A stretch of DNA of 64,000 bases. It comes from Eledone cirrhosa. Its lineage: Eukaryota. Position 1 is the stretch's first letter. Every line of letters starts with the position of its first letter. The stretch is taken from NCBI GenBank assembly GCA_964016885.1, contig OZ024745.1, forward strand, positions 44,888,001 through 44,952,000. Direction: 5' to 3'. Below, in pieces: positions 23,150-37,492 of the stretch. The position numbers were made by a program, and so were the translations under genes. The notes under the pieces are model-generated. The model searched no databases. It was not told the DNA's origin and saw only the letters and a program-made list of their open reading frames with translations.

Positions 23150-23880
23150 AGCTAAGTCATGCAGACACGGTGCCAAAGGTAGCATTAAAATATACCACTC
23201 CCTGGAATGTGAAAACTTGGATGACCAAAGAACACCTAGTATAGGAGAGTTGAAGGCAAGCTAGGATAAATATATGTAGGGCAAGGCACAGTGTATAGCT
23301 AAAGGCTGGTCTGAATTGTGTTAAATCATTGAATCTCAATCACGAAGAAGAGGATTAATAATAAATAGTGAATAATAATATATCGTTTACTTTGCTGGTG
23401 CAGTAATGTGCCAGCTACATGACTTGGTCATCAGAAGTGTAAAAATGTAGGTGTAAAAACCAAACTCCCTATCTTCAATTAGGTGTTCATGACAATCCTT
23501 AACTATGGTCATACATCTTGGGTAGTGAACGAAAGAATATGATTGCGAATACATGCTGTTGAAATGGGGTTTCTCTGAAGGGTCTTTGGAGTAATGTTAC
23601 TCAAGATCAGGGAGTCACTCCAGGTAGAGCCACTATTTCTTCATATTGAGAGATCACAGCTCTGATATTATGGAAATAGAGTTAGAAAGCCTCAGGAAAG
23701 AATTGCTGGACAGATTTTACAAGCAATGTAAACTGGCAGGAACCCCAGGAATAGACAACGAGCAAAATGGTTGGATAACATCCATGAGGTCGATTGACCT
23801 TCCTTAGAGATCCAATTGGATCAATTAGAGATGGTTACTTCTGATAGGACTCTCTGGAAAGTATGTCCAAAGACCCTGCT
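23150..23880 (+). pseudogene. Decayed RTE (Expander/Rex3-like) RT C-terminal fragment
   Basis: Interrupted frame IRESLQVEPLFLHIERSQL at ~23606-23663, followed by a GRxP-like stretch. Many stops. Confidence 0.55.
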
Positions 23881-24819
23881 TCCACATTTATAACAAAAAC
23901 TAAAAAAATAAGTTTCTAAAAATCAAACAAGCAAAAACAAATTCTCCAATAGAACCCACAAAAAACCATGGCTATCCTGATTGCTTGGGAAAGTGCTCTC
24001 ATTCAGTTGCGTTTATATGAAGCATTGCAAGATATGTAATAATGGAAGTCTTGGGAAAGCCAGTTCGATGCAAATATGACATAGAATGATGGAACAAGAG
24101 TAGTGTAAAATTAGAATGACCAAACAGAAAATATTTTCCCCCTATACATTTCACAGTATTTCATTCAGACCACGATCACCACTCTCACCCAACTTTCAGC
24201 TAGTTGACCCCAGTAAAATTTAATCACAAATATTATGCATGAGCTAAATTGTGTCAAGTATGTTGCTATGCTCTTTGTCAGGCATGACATTTTGAGTGAG
24301 GCATGTAGCATTAGTGTTAGGGGATAGAGGTGAGTTGACTTATGTCTGCATGTTGCACAGGTTAGTTGTACTACATATCAGATGTTCAACCTAGGAATAA
24401 CATAATATTCACAGCAAAGTGTTTATTTATTTATTTATTTTTTACAATAAATAAAAATGAAATATAGAGAAAAACAAAAACAAAACAAAAAAACCCACTG
24501 TATTAGGCAGCCAGGGTTTGAAAGGATCAATAAAGCTATAAATAGAGAAAAATAATACTTAAAAATGATAATAGTAGTATTAATAATAGTAATAACAGTA
24601 ATAACAAAATAATAAAAAATAATAGTAATGATAATAATAGTAATAAGTAATAACAATAATGGTAATGATAGTAATGGAAAAAAATAAAAGCTTCTGAGTA
24701 GAAAGGGAGGTTGTTACCAGGTAGCTTATGGTGAGTAGGATGGGAAGGAAATGTTCAAAGTTTCAAGGTGGTATTACATCAATGCTACAACTTGAATTAC
24801 AAAATTCCTTGTGTTTCTC

Positions 24820-25135
24820 ACTGCTGCCACCACCACCACCACTACTACTACTACCATCACCGCCACCACCACCACCACCACCTCCACCACCACCACCACC
24901 TCCACCACCACCACCACCACCTCCACTATTGCCACTTTCACTATTACCCCCACCAGTACAGCCACTTCCACTACTACCCTCACCATTATTACTACTACCA
25001 CCCCTACTAATACAGCCACACCACTACTACCACCACCAATACAGTCACCTCTATTACTACTCCCACCACCACATCTTTCTACTACCATCATCACCATCAC
25101 CTACTACTACCACCATCACCACCACTACCACTATA
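24820..25135. repeat. (CAC/TAC)n trinucleotide microsatellite
   Basis: Read directly. It explains the poly-P/H/T/V ORFs. Confidence 0.95.
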
Positions 25136-25268
25136 TCACGAACTGATGAGGGATTTTGCGAGAAAATAAACTGGATCCCCTGCCGGTTCCGGCGCCAAGT
25201 GTTCTAGTTGGTTCCATTAATGGAATGGATTGCTTGTGAAATAAATATGCAAGTAACTGAGTATTGTG

Positions 25269-25561
25269 GAGGCACATGGCCTAGTGGTAAGGGTGTTGGA
25301 CTTACAATCATAATGCCATGGGTTCGATTCCTGAACTAGGTTGTGTGTTGTGTTCTTGAGCAAAACGCTTTATTTCACATTGCTCCAGTATACTCAGCTG
25401 AAATTAAATTGAATACCAGCAATAGCTGAGGGTTTAACATGCATGGACTGGTGTCCTGTCCAGTGGAGAGTCTTGTACTCTAAGATGCTTCATGCCATGG
25501 AAACCAGGATAAGCACCAGCCTTATGAGCCCTCAGGCTAGAACAGACTTTAGACTTTTAGA
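25269..25561 (+). mobile_element. SINE-B, full length, inserted in an older repeat
   Basis: GGAGGCACATGGCCTAGTGG head, GGTTCGATTCC B box, (AGACTTT)2 tail. Confidence 0.88.
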
Positions 25562-25759
25562 CCTGGACATTCCACAGACAATTACTTCTTTAGGAGATTC
25601 AGCAAGACAAGGCTGGCGCTTCAAATTACAGGTACAACTCCTTTTTGCCAGCTCAGTTGACTGGAGCTATGGGAATTAGTCTTGCTCAAGAACACAATGC
25701 TCTTCAAGAACTCAAACTCATGACTTACTGATGTACTGAAGATATACATGCCTTACCAC

Positions 25760-26760
25760 TTTTATGAGATGTATTGCAGTTGGTTTTTGTGAAATGTATG
25801 CATATCAGCAGTTGGTTTTTGTGAGATGTATGGAGATCAACTGTTGGTTTTTGTGAAATGTATGGAGATCAACTGTTGGTTTTTGTGAAATGTATGGAGA
25901 TCAACTGTTGGTTTTTGTGAAATGTATGGAGATCAACTGTTGGTTTTTGTGAAATGTATGGAGATCAACTGTTGGTTTTTGTGAAATGTATGTATATTAG
26001 GTGCTGGATTTTGTGAGATATATTCATATCTGTTGATGGCTATGAGATGTATGCTAATCAACGGTCGGCTATTGTGAGGTATATGCACAGTAGCTGTTAG
26101 TGTGTTTGAAGCATATGTAAACCAGCTGTTGGTTTGAGTGAGATGTAGGCAAGTTAAATATTGATTTGTGTGATATCTTTGCAGGTCTGTTGTTGATATT
26201 ATGAGATGTATGCAGTTCAATTATTGAAGCATAAAATATATGTAATTTAATTACCGATGTTGAATGTAATGTTGATAGTTACAATTACATTTCAGCAATG
26301 CATGACGATTATTGTTTTTGCATGAATTTTATGTAGTTCAATTACTGGAATTGTGTCCTCATCATCATCATCACCACCACTAGCATCATTATCATCATCT
26401 TGTATATATTTTTCCATGCTTGTATAGTTTAAACATGCATGTAATTCAGTTATTGGTTTGTACGATATGTATATAACTCTATTATTGGTTTGTATGATAT
26501 GTATATAGTTCAGTTATTGGTTTGTATGATATGTATATAGTTCAGTTATTGGTTTGTATGATATGTATATAGTTCAGTTATTGGTTTGTATGATATGTAT
26601 GTAATTCAGTTATTGGTTTGTGAGAAATGCAAGTAGGTCATCTGTTAGCATACAATATATTCAACTTGACTATTAGCATGTATGCATATGAATACTCAAC
26701 TTTGGGAGATGTATGTAAGTGATGTATGCAGTTTAATTTTGTATAACTTGTATGCTATCA
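25760..26760. repeat. 32-bp minisatellite with two homogenised sub-arrays
   Basis: Units GAGATCAACTGTTGGTTTTTGTGAAATGTATG (~25800-25990) and GTTCAGTTATTGGTTTGTATGATATGTATATA (~26440-26620), both with 32-nt period. Confidence 0.88.
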
Positions 26761-27559
26761 GTTATTGATGTTTGATCCTGCAATATCATCTGAGAAGTAT
26801 GGTGATGGATGCTCGCCTTTGTTTGGAGATTTAACCATTTTGATATTTGTTTTGGCTCTTTACATTCTGTGTTCAAATCACATTTTTCATCCTTTAAGGG
26901 TCAATGAAATAAAGTACCAATCAAGTACTAGGGTTGATTTAATCAACTTTACCCTTTCCATAGATTTGCTGGCCTTGTGCTCAAATTAGAAATAAGTAAT
27001 TAAATAATTAATAAGTTTAACTATCTCTCTCTCCAAATTCTTCATTAATAAATTGAAATACAATATATTTCATCATTAGAAATATGTTCATAAAGAGGTT
27101 GATGGGAGGAAGTTTTCTCATTAAAAATGTAGTCTTTGTTACAGCTAATAAGATAAAACATCAAAATCCGTTTTTTTTGGGGTTTGTTTTTGGAAAATTT
27201 CATGGTATTCTTAAACACAATGGTGAAATGTGGAGCTGAAGTTTTCATGTAAACTCTTTGTTGTGGAGAAAACTATTGTGCATTGTAACTGTTTCATTTT
27301 GAAAGTTCATCTTGTGCCTCTTTGTTGTGGCCATTTGGTGTTTTTATAAGGAAACAGGTTCAGATTAGACAGTGAGTGATAAAAAGCAAATATATCTAAA
27401 CTGCATAGTGCACAATGTAGTCAACAGCTATGTAGAGTTACAGCATATCTAGAACATTAAATCTTTTGAATGCAAATAGTTGTTTCGACATCCAATATAA
27501 CATAGGTTTTCTCAATCAAAGCTAACCAGAGTTACAGAACATTATCTAGAATACACGTC

Positions 27560-27747
27560 GGTAGGCGGTAGATTGGCAGTATCGGTGGAGGGTCGGACGC
27601 CATGCTTTTCAGCATAGTTACGTCCCTTTACAATCTGAGTTCAAATCCCGCCGAGGTTTACTTTGCCTTTCATCCTTACGGGGTCGATAAAATAAAGTAC
27701 CAGTAATGCACTGGTTAATTGCTGGCCTTGTGCCTAAAGTAGAAACA
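27560..27747 (+). mobile_element. SINE-A with perfect 19-bp TSD
   Basis: ATTATCTAGAATACACGTC at 27541-27559 and 27748-27766. Confidence 0.95.
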
Positions 27748-28218
27748 ATTATCTAGAATACACGTCACTGTTGTACATAAACTATTTATTGTCACAGTTT
27801 CTATTACTTTTTTTTTAAAAGAAAGGTATATATATATAAAAATTTTTATGAAAGTTTTTTTTACAGCTTTCACACTTGCAAGGATAAAATAACTTATATA
27901 AATTTGGATTTTTTTTCTTCTTATGAATAAATGAAGTAAATACTTTAACAATGCTAACTAGTCTAATGCTAACTAGTTTACCATGAATTTTAAACAACAA
28001 ATAATATGGTACTTAGATTTAACATGGTTTTGAACATCTAAATTTACATTGAAAATAATATTTGTAAGAGAAGATAAATTTGTGTGCCATGAAATGATGT
28101 GACTTCCATTTTTTTTTTTTTTTTTTTTTTACTCTGGGTTTATTTTTTTCTATCCTCAAAATTGTCATGTTTTGTAATTGCTGTGCAGTTTAAAGTCTTT
28201 CCTAGCTTTCATTATTTC

Positions 28219-28547
28219 GGTGAATTGGCAGTATCGGTAGAGGGTTGGACGCCATGCTTTCTAGCATAGTTACGTCCCTTTACAGTCTGAGTTCAAATCC
28301 TGCCGAGGTTAACTTTGCCTTTCATCCTTACGGGGTCGATAAAATAAAGTACCAGTAATGTACTGGGTAATTGCTGGCCTTGTGCCAAAAGTAGAAACAA
28401 TTATTTCTAGAGTATCCGAGGTTAGCTTTGCCTTTTATCCTTACGGGATTGATAAAATAAAGTACCAGTAATGCACTGGGGTTGATTTAATCGTCTTTCC
28501 CCTCCCCTTCAAATTGCTGGCCTTATGCCTAAAGTATAAACAATTAT
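28219..28547 (+). mobile_element. Tandem SINE-A pair (full + 5'-truncated)
   Basis: Shared flank ATTATTTC / ATTAT(T/A)TCTAGAGTA at ~28211, 28400 and 28543. Confidence 0.88.
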
Positions 28548-31500
28548 ATCTAGAGTAAAATTAGTTAATTTTTGAAACTGGTTAATATATTAGATCTTTA
28601 TAAATATGTAAGGAATCACTTGGACTTGGTTGTTTGTCTATTTATTGTCTCATCAAACACACCATTTTCTTCTGCAAAATTAGGAGCGCATCCAGCCTGA
28701 GAGGAGCTCATGAGGTGGAACAGTTGATGCAGTGGGTGTTACTGGCTTTTCTTTGCAGCAATCCTGTCTATTATCAGAGTTGATATATTTTCTGATTCTG
28801 AAGTGGAAAATTAGCATTTAGATTGTTCTAGCAGTGTTATATATACACAACTAATAGTACTCTACATCAATGTTAACTCAATAAAAAGTAAAATGCATGA
28901 TGTTTAGATCAAGTTAAAGATTATTACACTGAATATTGTATTAACATAGAGTAATAGATTTAGTCTGTTTGAAAGTAGATGCACAAAAGATGTAACATAT
29001 GGCTTGCTAGCACAACATAAAGTTTCCTCATATATTTTTATTTCTCTATTTCATACCTTATGCTTACTTACAGTAAATTGAGGTGTTTTAAATAGCCTTA
29101 TCAACTATTTTACTCTTCCTTGTGATTCCTGACATTTGTAACCAGAAAAGCAGTTAACTATTAAGGTGTTTGCTATAAATGTGTAACTTGTTTAAATTAT
29201 GTTCTGTTTCCCTCACCAGCAGAATTTTATTGCAATCTATTTAGGCCTGAATGACTATAAATTCTGAATGTGAGATTTTGAGTTGACAGAATTAATGAAG
29301 TTTTAAGCCACATATGTGGGTTATATTCTTGGGCAAAATAAATCTGAAGCATCATCATCATCATTTAACATCCATTTCACCTTGTGGCATGGGTTGGACA
29401 TGTTGTTACAAACCAAGTCAGTACTTAATTAGACTGACAAGTTTGAATGTGTGTGTGTGTTTGCACATCTCACTTATATATGTTCCTGCAGTCTACAGAG
29501 TGCACTGGTTGCATTTTATCATGACACCAGCACTAGGGAAGTTGTTATATCTTCGACACAGCTAAAGAATCTGCCAACCATTTGTTTGGTAAGTTTTCTA
29601 TGTCTGGATGCTCATCCCATCACCAACCACTTTACAGAGTGTACTGGGAGCATTTATCATATAGATCACCAGGACTAGAGAGGCCATCATACCTTTAACA
29701 CAACTGAAGGGTCCTCGTAGTTATTAAAAACTGGTCTGATGATTATTTGGATTCATAGAATAATTGAAAAGTAATTTTATGCATTTATCTATTATGTTAT
29801 TAAAATAAAAACTTGTATTGATTATTTCGTCTAAATTTAAAGGCCCCTTAATTCCTGATGATGTTATAGGGGTCACCATCCTGAAACATGGCATATCTTT
29901 TTGAAATCTGGCAGAGCCAAACCCTTTCCAGTCTGGATAACATTCATGAGCCTGGCTGGTCTCACTTGGGGATCCAGCCAGATGAATTGGAGATGGTTGC
30001 TTGTAACAGGACCCTCTTGAAGGAGTGTTTGAGGACTCTGTCCCCATGACCCTTTCAGAAATAAGTGTGTGAAGAAGAAGTATATGTGTGTTTGGCAGGT
30101 GTGTTCTCTCTCTGTGTTGATTGCTTTCTCTCTTTGGTGCATCATATCTGCCTGACTCTAGCGATTTAGCTATTATTCTCTTTTACAGCTGCTCTCCCTA
30201 TTTGTCTCCTCCCACTCTCTCTACCAACATGTTTCAGTAATTGAAACACTGTTATCCTTTACATATTTCATGCATTTATTTATTTTTTACATTTAATTAA
30301 AATATTTCAAGTGAGAAATGTAATTTTGATTGTTTTAAATCCATATTAACTTTCCATTTCTTCTGTGACCCTATCTCAGCAATAAAACATAATAACATGC
30401 TTTTCACATTCAAGTAGCTAACTAGCATATTTATGAAGAGAAGCAAAAATATAAATAATAATAAAAATAGAAATTTCAGAAATAATATACATCTATATTC
30501 TGGCTACAGAATCTCTCGTTGGAAATTAATATGGTAAAATGGTGCTGCCTGTTATGTTCTATTTTTATTTTAGTTGCAATATGGATATGCTTACTACATT
30601 GCTTTTGGCCTAACCTCAATCACTGAAAACAGCATAAATCAACAGTTATGGTTGCTACCGTTTTTATTTTGCCTTAATTCAAATGCAGAGATTTATTGAA
30701 ACTTTCATGAATATAATTTGCAAAGTATTTGTTTAAAAAAACAAAACATTTGTCAAATTATTTCCAGCTCAAAGTAATTATTCTGATCTTTCTTCAAGGT
30801 CTTACATATAGTTTTTACTTTATCCATTGATATTCTTGCTAATTTAAAAATAGCGTCTAATGAACTGCAGTAGCTCTTAGCTTAACTTGGCAGGTTTAGA
30901 CTCAATAAGTTGGAACCACCCATAGGCAATATGCTTAAGTGAAAGGCACAGACAAAGCACTTCTCACAGTTTAGTTTGCTGTAAAAGTTTTTCATTTCAT
31001 TTTGAAAAAGCTATTAGAATTATCAACCAGCTTTAAAAGAAAAATCACAAAAGCAATTATTCCGAGAATTCAGCAATAGTTTAAAAAAGATTAATCAACC
31101 TATCAGCCATAGTTCTAGCTATATGTAACTCAATAGTATCACCTAATTCAGGAATGTTATATGTAAATGACATTTCCGTTGCCCATTGAAGTGAGTAATT
31201 GATGTCCATAGAGAGATAGCTTAGTGTGAATAGATAGTTTGTCTAGGATTATTTGGAGGAATTGGTTTAAGTACACTTCGAATGTGTTGAGATTGTGAGA
31301 AAAAAGATGGACCAAAGATATGAAGATATGGTATATAGCATTCATGTACTATGAATGGAACTTTAAGGAATGAATTAATGGTAGTGAGGTGCTTCTTGAA
31401 TCATATTAACCTCTTTAAACTATATTAACTTGACTGGTACTTTATTTGTTAATTGTTAACCTCATTGCTATAGTACTTGATTGGTATGTTATTTTATCTT

Positions 31501-32551
31501 TTTTGAAAAGCTGAAAGATAAAGTTGATCATAGTAAGATTTGAACTCAGAATGTAAAAGGCTGTAACTGTTATCTTGAAATATGTTAACCACATACAGCT
31601 TTTCTTTAGAATATATATGTATATGCGGATATACATACGTGAGCAAGTGTATGCTCTGGTATCTCTGGTTTCTTTATCACTAACACCAATATTAATTTAG
31701 TACTATTTTATCAAACATGAAAATATGAAAGACAAAATTGACCTCGGCAGTTTGGTAGATTTAAAACTCAGAATGTAAAGGGATATAAACAATATCATGA
31801 AATGTGTTAACTTCATTGCTGAGTATAGAGTATACCATCAAGTTCTCTTACCATCTGGAAAACTCATGCTTGTGAAGTGAACTTTTTAAACATTCAATCA
31901 TGGCTTTTAGTCACAGATGGAAGGGCTGTACCCATGACATTTTTCAGGGCCTCTGAGACTGGTGAAAGGGAGAAGGGTGTTGCCAAATTAGAAATCTGGC
32001 TCAAATGCTTGCAACAAACTTCACTAAAAGCACATGTGCACTAGGTGTTGGTATTAAACCAGATAGGTGACAGCAAGATTTGAACTTAGAAAGTCATGTA
32101 CTGGAACCAATGCTACAAGAAATTTCACCTAACCCAGCCCATTGTTATGGTTTCGACTTCAAAAGAATGAAAGGCAAAGTTGACCTTTGCAGGATTTTAA
32201 TTTAGCATACAGAGAGTGAAAACATATACTGTAAAATATTTTGTCTGGCACTGTAACAACTCTGCCAGCATTCAATAACACTAATATTGAATAGTTTCTT
32301 TAACACGTCAAGATGTATGTCATAAACATTTGATCCATTTTCCAGATTTCCTCAGAATGGCTGCTTTAGGCAGCTCCTGTCATGCTGGAAACAATGTCGG
32401 TTGGTATTAAGAGTTTTGTTAGAAATTAGATATCTTTGATCTTAACACTATTCCAAACACCTTGATGTGTAACGTCAGTGATATTGGACAATGATTTTCT
32501 GCCAAGAACACAGTCTTTTACATTAATTGGTATTATAGATTGAATTATCAA

Positions 32552-32847
32552 CCCTTTAATTACCATATTTTTACTGCCTATGATCTTATATTCTAAAGCA
32601 TTTATACTGCAAAACATCATACTGCCTATGATTTTCAAATAATTAAAAAAGTAATCAAAAGTTTTGAGGGATTTAGTAATACAACTAACTTTCTCACTAT
32701 TAAGCTGGTGTTTGGAGTATAACTTAACATAGGTTCTTTCATAAAAGTGTGATGGAAGGTTTATAGGTAAATATAAATACTTTAAAATAGACAACTTTGT
32801 ATTTTTGATCCAAGGGCAGTTTCAAGTGGTTTGGTATCAAAAGGGTT
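32552..32847. mobile_element. TTAA/piggyBac-type MITE family P2 (~280 bp)
   Basis: AACCCTTT..TTACCATATTT left end and GGTATCAAAAGGGTT right end. Other copies at 37388-38359 (split), 41671-41930, 46028-46403, 52128-52362 and 59273-59786. Confidence 0.75.
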
Positions 32848-33159
32848 AGATATGACCTTTAGCAAGGGGGCTTTGCTAGAGATTTTTTATAGAGCTTGCC
32901 AGTTGCTGGTAACATTGTTTTAGAAAGATTGCAGTAATTTGTTGGACCAATTGTTACATTTCTCTTGATTTGTTTTTATTTGAGAACATTTTGTTCATCA
33001 AAGGTGATGTCTGATATGGTATTTTGAAGGGACTCAGTATTTTAGCTGTGCAGCCCAGATTAGCTACCTACAAACTACATTTCTCTATTTTCATGTACAT
33101 GCTTAAACTGTTCAACCCTTGCTAAGAGGGAAAAACTGATGTTAAACGGTGATGATGAT

Positions 33160-33375
33160 AATGGTTTCTGATTTAGGCACAAGGCCAACAATTTAAGGAA
33201 AGAGGAAATCGATTAAATCAACCCCAGTGTGTTACTGGTATTTTATTTTATTGACCTCGTAAGGATGAAAGGCATAGCTCACCTTGGCAGGGCTTGAACA
33301 CAGGTTGTAAGAACCAGAATAAATGTTGCAAAGCATCTTGTCTGATGCTCTACAGCTTCTGCCAATCCACTGCCT
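33160..33375 (-). mobile_element. SINE-A, older and longer variant
   Basis: Reverse complement of the SINE-A consensus, resembling 476-691. Confidence 0.8.
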
Positions 33376-34016
33376 TTATGATGATAATAGTGATGAAACT
33401 CTCTACTAAACACTTTGTCTAATCTTCTCTAGAATCATCTCTTTCTGGAATTACTATTTGATTCATATTTTTCACCAAATCATATAACTCGAGGGAGATT
33501 CTAAATGGTAGCTCGACTTGCTAGAAATAGTAGCCAAATATCCCTCAAATCAGATCTTTCCATAAAGAAAGAACATAGATAATTTAGACAAATAAAAAAC
33601 AGGATGGTCAGCGATGGAATGCTGAGCATGCTAAACAACAATAATAACCTGTTATAATTCCAAATGAACATTAATCTTAGGAACCTCACCCATTTATTTT
33701 CATCTGCTTCTCAGTTGAAAAAACAAAACAGTATGTCTTATGTAGAAGTAACAGCATTAGTGGAAAATAATTCAATTTTAATCACAGTTTATTCAACTGT
33801 AAGCCAGAGTCAAAGTTTAGTTATATTTCTCTAGTGCTATGTTGACTCCATGTTTTGGTTTCTTGCTACTAAAATCTGTCCAAATCTGATTACCTCATCT
33901 CCTTATCCTACTTTTTAACTTTGTGTTTTGTATTTTCCAACTTTCAATTGTTTTTCTGTTATCGTTTCTTCACAGTATATTATTGAAGGAGTTTCTTTTT
34001 ATTACAATTTTATAGC

Positions 34017-34980
34017 ATAGTTTTTATAACACAAAACAGATATAACACTACATATAGTTTTTATAACACAAAACGGATATAACACTACATATAGTTTTTA
34101 TAACACAAAATAGATATAACACTACATGTTGTTTTTATAACACAAAATAGATATAACACTACATGTAGTTTTTATAACACAAAACAGATATAACACTACA
34201 TGTAGTTATTATAACATAAAACACAGATATAACACTACATGTAGTTATTATAGCACAAAACATATATGTAGTTATTATAACATAAAACACAGATATACAT
34301 GTAGTTATTATAACATTAAACACAGATATAACACTACATATAGTTTCTATAACACTAAACAGATATAACACTACATGTAGTTTTTATAACATTAAACACA
34401 GATATAACACTACATATAGTTTCTATAACACTAAACAGATATAACACTACATGTAGTTTTTATAACATTAAACACAGATATAACACTACATATAGTTTTT
34501 ATAACACAAAACAGATATAACACTACATGTAGTTTTTATAACATAAAACACGGATATAACACTACATATAGTTTTTATAACACAAAACAGATATAACACT
34601 ACATGTAGTTTTTATAACATTAAACACAGATATAACACTACATATAGTTTTTATAACACAAAACAGATATAACACTACATGTAGTTTTTATAACATAAAA
34701 CACGGATATAACACTACATATAGTTTTTATAACACAAAACAGATATAACACTACATGTAGTTTTTATAACATTAAACACAGATATAACACTACATATAGT
34801 TTTTATAACACAAAACAGATATAACACTACATGTAGTTTTTATAACATTAAACACAGATATAACACTACATGTAGTTTTTATAACATTAAACACAGATAT
34901 AACTCTACATATAGTTTCTATAACACTAAACATAGATATAGCATTACATGTAGTTTTATAACACTAAAAACATATAACTC
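34017..34980. repeat. 37/39-bp minisatellite (~25 units) with alternating dimer structure
   Basis: ACATATAGTTTTTATAACACAAAACAGATATAACACT (37 nt) alternates with ACATGTAGTTTTTATAACATTAAACACAGATATAACACT (39 nt). Confidence 0.95.
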
Positions 34981-37492
34981 TATATATTCAGTGAGTTTTA
35001 TCTGGATTTCTGAAGTGAGGAATTATTATTACGATAGGCATGTGGATGGTGATTGTTGGGGGTAAAAGGGCCAAGAAATCTCGATGGAAGGAAGCTGCCA
35101 CAGAGGGTGACCAAGCAAGTCTTGGACAAAGGTTATGAGAGCTGATCTCAAATTACTGAAGTTCACAGAGGAGATACTGAAGGATAGCAATTAGTAGAGG
35201 GATGCTGTGCTGGAAAAGACTCGGACAACCCATTCAGGCATGGAAAAGCAGACATAAAATGATGATGATGATTGATTTATTCAGAATAGTGTTCTCATTT
35301 TGGTGGCTATAGTCACAATATTTTGGTTGCTGTACTCTTCAGCCTTCTTCAGATGCTTATCATATTTGGTGACACTCTTTGAATTTCAAACCATGAGATT
35401 TGATTGTTTGCATTCCATTGTCCATGTCTTGTATGTGTTCTGGGCTATAGAAAAGTAGTTTGTAGGCTGCATGCATCCTATACGATAGGTGCTCCAGTTG
35501 TTCAATCAATTGGGCAGCCTGTTCATGAAATTAATGTGTAAGTGGCTGAGCATTCCACAGATACATATACCCTTATTGTAATCCTCAGGGAGATTCAGCA
35601 TGTCACAGTTTGTAACAAGGCTAACCCCTTGAATTACATGTACAGTTTTACCCAGTTTCACTCACAAGGCATAGGTCAACCTTAGGATATGGTAAATGAT
35701 ACTTGCCCAAGATGCCACACTGTATAATTGAATCCAGGACCTAATGAGAACTGCACGAAAAAGTTTGTGAAGGACCACTCACAATCTCTGCAATGTCAGA
35801 ATGGATAAGAGACATAACTAACTTAATTAAATATCTCTAATGAGCTTGAAAGGGCCTCTTTTCACACCAGTAGTGAATGGTTGCAAATGATGATATTTTG
35901 CTTGCAAGTAATATTACAAATAAAGACTTCTCAATATATAATGTAGAGTAAATATTTATTATAAACTTGAGTGTTATTCCATTATTTGCTCAAGTGTTCC
36001 ATACCTGTTGAAGTATTAGCAATTGAATCATCAATCAAATATACAGAATTGTATATTTGTTAAATGAGAGAGAGAGAGAGAGTTCTATAAAAAATAAATA
36101 AAAAATTCTCAGGCATCATATTCATGATAATTGTAGTTAATAATTAGAGCAGTAGAATAAGCTCAAGAAATGAGTAATTATATATGTTTATATTATTTAT
36201 GTTCAAGTAGCACCAGGTAGAGTAATAAATGTTATTCAATTACTTGTAATTAAATTCTGAATTTTGTAAAATTATTTGATTATATTAGGTGGTAAATTGG
36301 CAGTCCTTAGAGCATGGACTAAATATTTTGCTCTGAGTTCAAATCAGGCCGAGGTCAACTTTGCCTTTCATCCTTCTGGTTTTGATAAAGAATATACCAG
36401 TCAAGGTGGTGGATTGGCAGAATTGTTAGTGTTAGATGAGAGGCCTTGTGGATATCTGGTCAGGCTCTTTACATTATGAATTCAAATTCCACTGTGATTT
36501 ACTTGCGGGGTAACATTGATTGCTTGGTTTCACATCGTTCTAGGGCCTTTGGTTTACCATTAGTAGAGTTCACTCTCTTGCAAGAATTTGGGTCAGGTCC
36601 ATGATATGAGGACACCTTTCTTTCTCCCTTCCACCAGTCTAACGGCTTTCAAGGGCCTGGAGGCTCATAAGGCCAGTGATTATCCCAGTTTCCATGGTGT
36701 GAAGCAACTGTGAGTAGACCTCACTGGACAGGATGCCAGTCCATTGCAGGGTTAAACCCCCAGCTGTTACTGGTACTCATTTTCAGCTGAGTATACTGGA
36801 GAAGCCCAAGAATACAACACACACCCCAGTCCACCAAGAGACCCTGAAAAGGCATTAGGCCCTTAAATGTTTTATGCCTCTCCTCCCCTTTCACCTGGAG
36901 GCCCTGAGAAGTCTTAAGGGCATTGTCTAACCTCCCCTTCTACTGTTGTTTTATTGGGTCCTTTTTGTTATATTATCATTACTGATGTGGTACTGTCGTT
37001 TTATTTGGGGTTTTACTTTATTCACAGTTGTATAAATAACATTACAAATTGCTCAGAATGAAAATATAAACACAAATATAAACATTTATTATATGTGTTT
37101 ATACTTGGGGTATTTACAAATCTAGTCATTTATATAATGTGGCTGTTGTTTATAATTTAACAAAAACTGTTGCTGCATTTATAAATGAACCATATCATAA
37201 TTGACTCATTAATTTTTATAGTATAAAATCAATATATCGGGTTGCAGAATGTTGACACAAATAATTTAAACATAGGTAAACCAGCCTAAAGTTAACCTTT
37301 AAGTTGACACTGAACATAAACTACCAGACATGTTTAATTGTGTGTGTCATCTTTAGATGATTTCCAATCCTTATATGATAATTTCCATTAACTCTTTCAT
37401 TAACATATTTCCAATGAAAGACACTATGTGCTTCAAATAATTTTGAAAATAATAAAAAGTTTAAAGGAATTTAGTAAAATAACTAATTTCTT

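Noticed and set aside
25143-25180. CTGATGA followed by a GGGAT/ATCCC stem, as a possible hammerhead
   Set aside because: No GAAA or stem III follows the stem; at best a truncated half.
24728-25207. Poly-Pro/His/Thr/Val ORFs
   Set aside because: Translations of a (CAC/TAC)n microsatellite that is open in several frames, with no supported exon structure.
27560-27650. tRNA gene calls from A/B boxes
   Set aside because: These are SINE heads: no complete cloverleaf, followed by SINE bodies and flanked by TSDs.
28684-28800. GC-richer island with AG acceptors on both strands
   Set aside because: No convincing donor and no recognisable peptide in any frame.
34017-34980. Regular repeats resembling a CRISPR array (also 21600-21870 and 25760-26760)
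   Set aside because: Head-to-tail tandem units without unique spacers, eukaryotic context and no cas genes.
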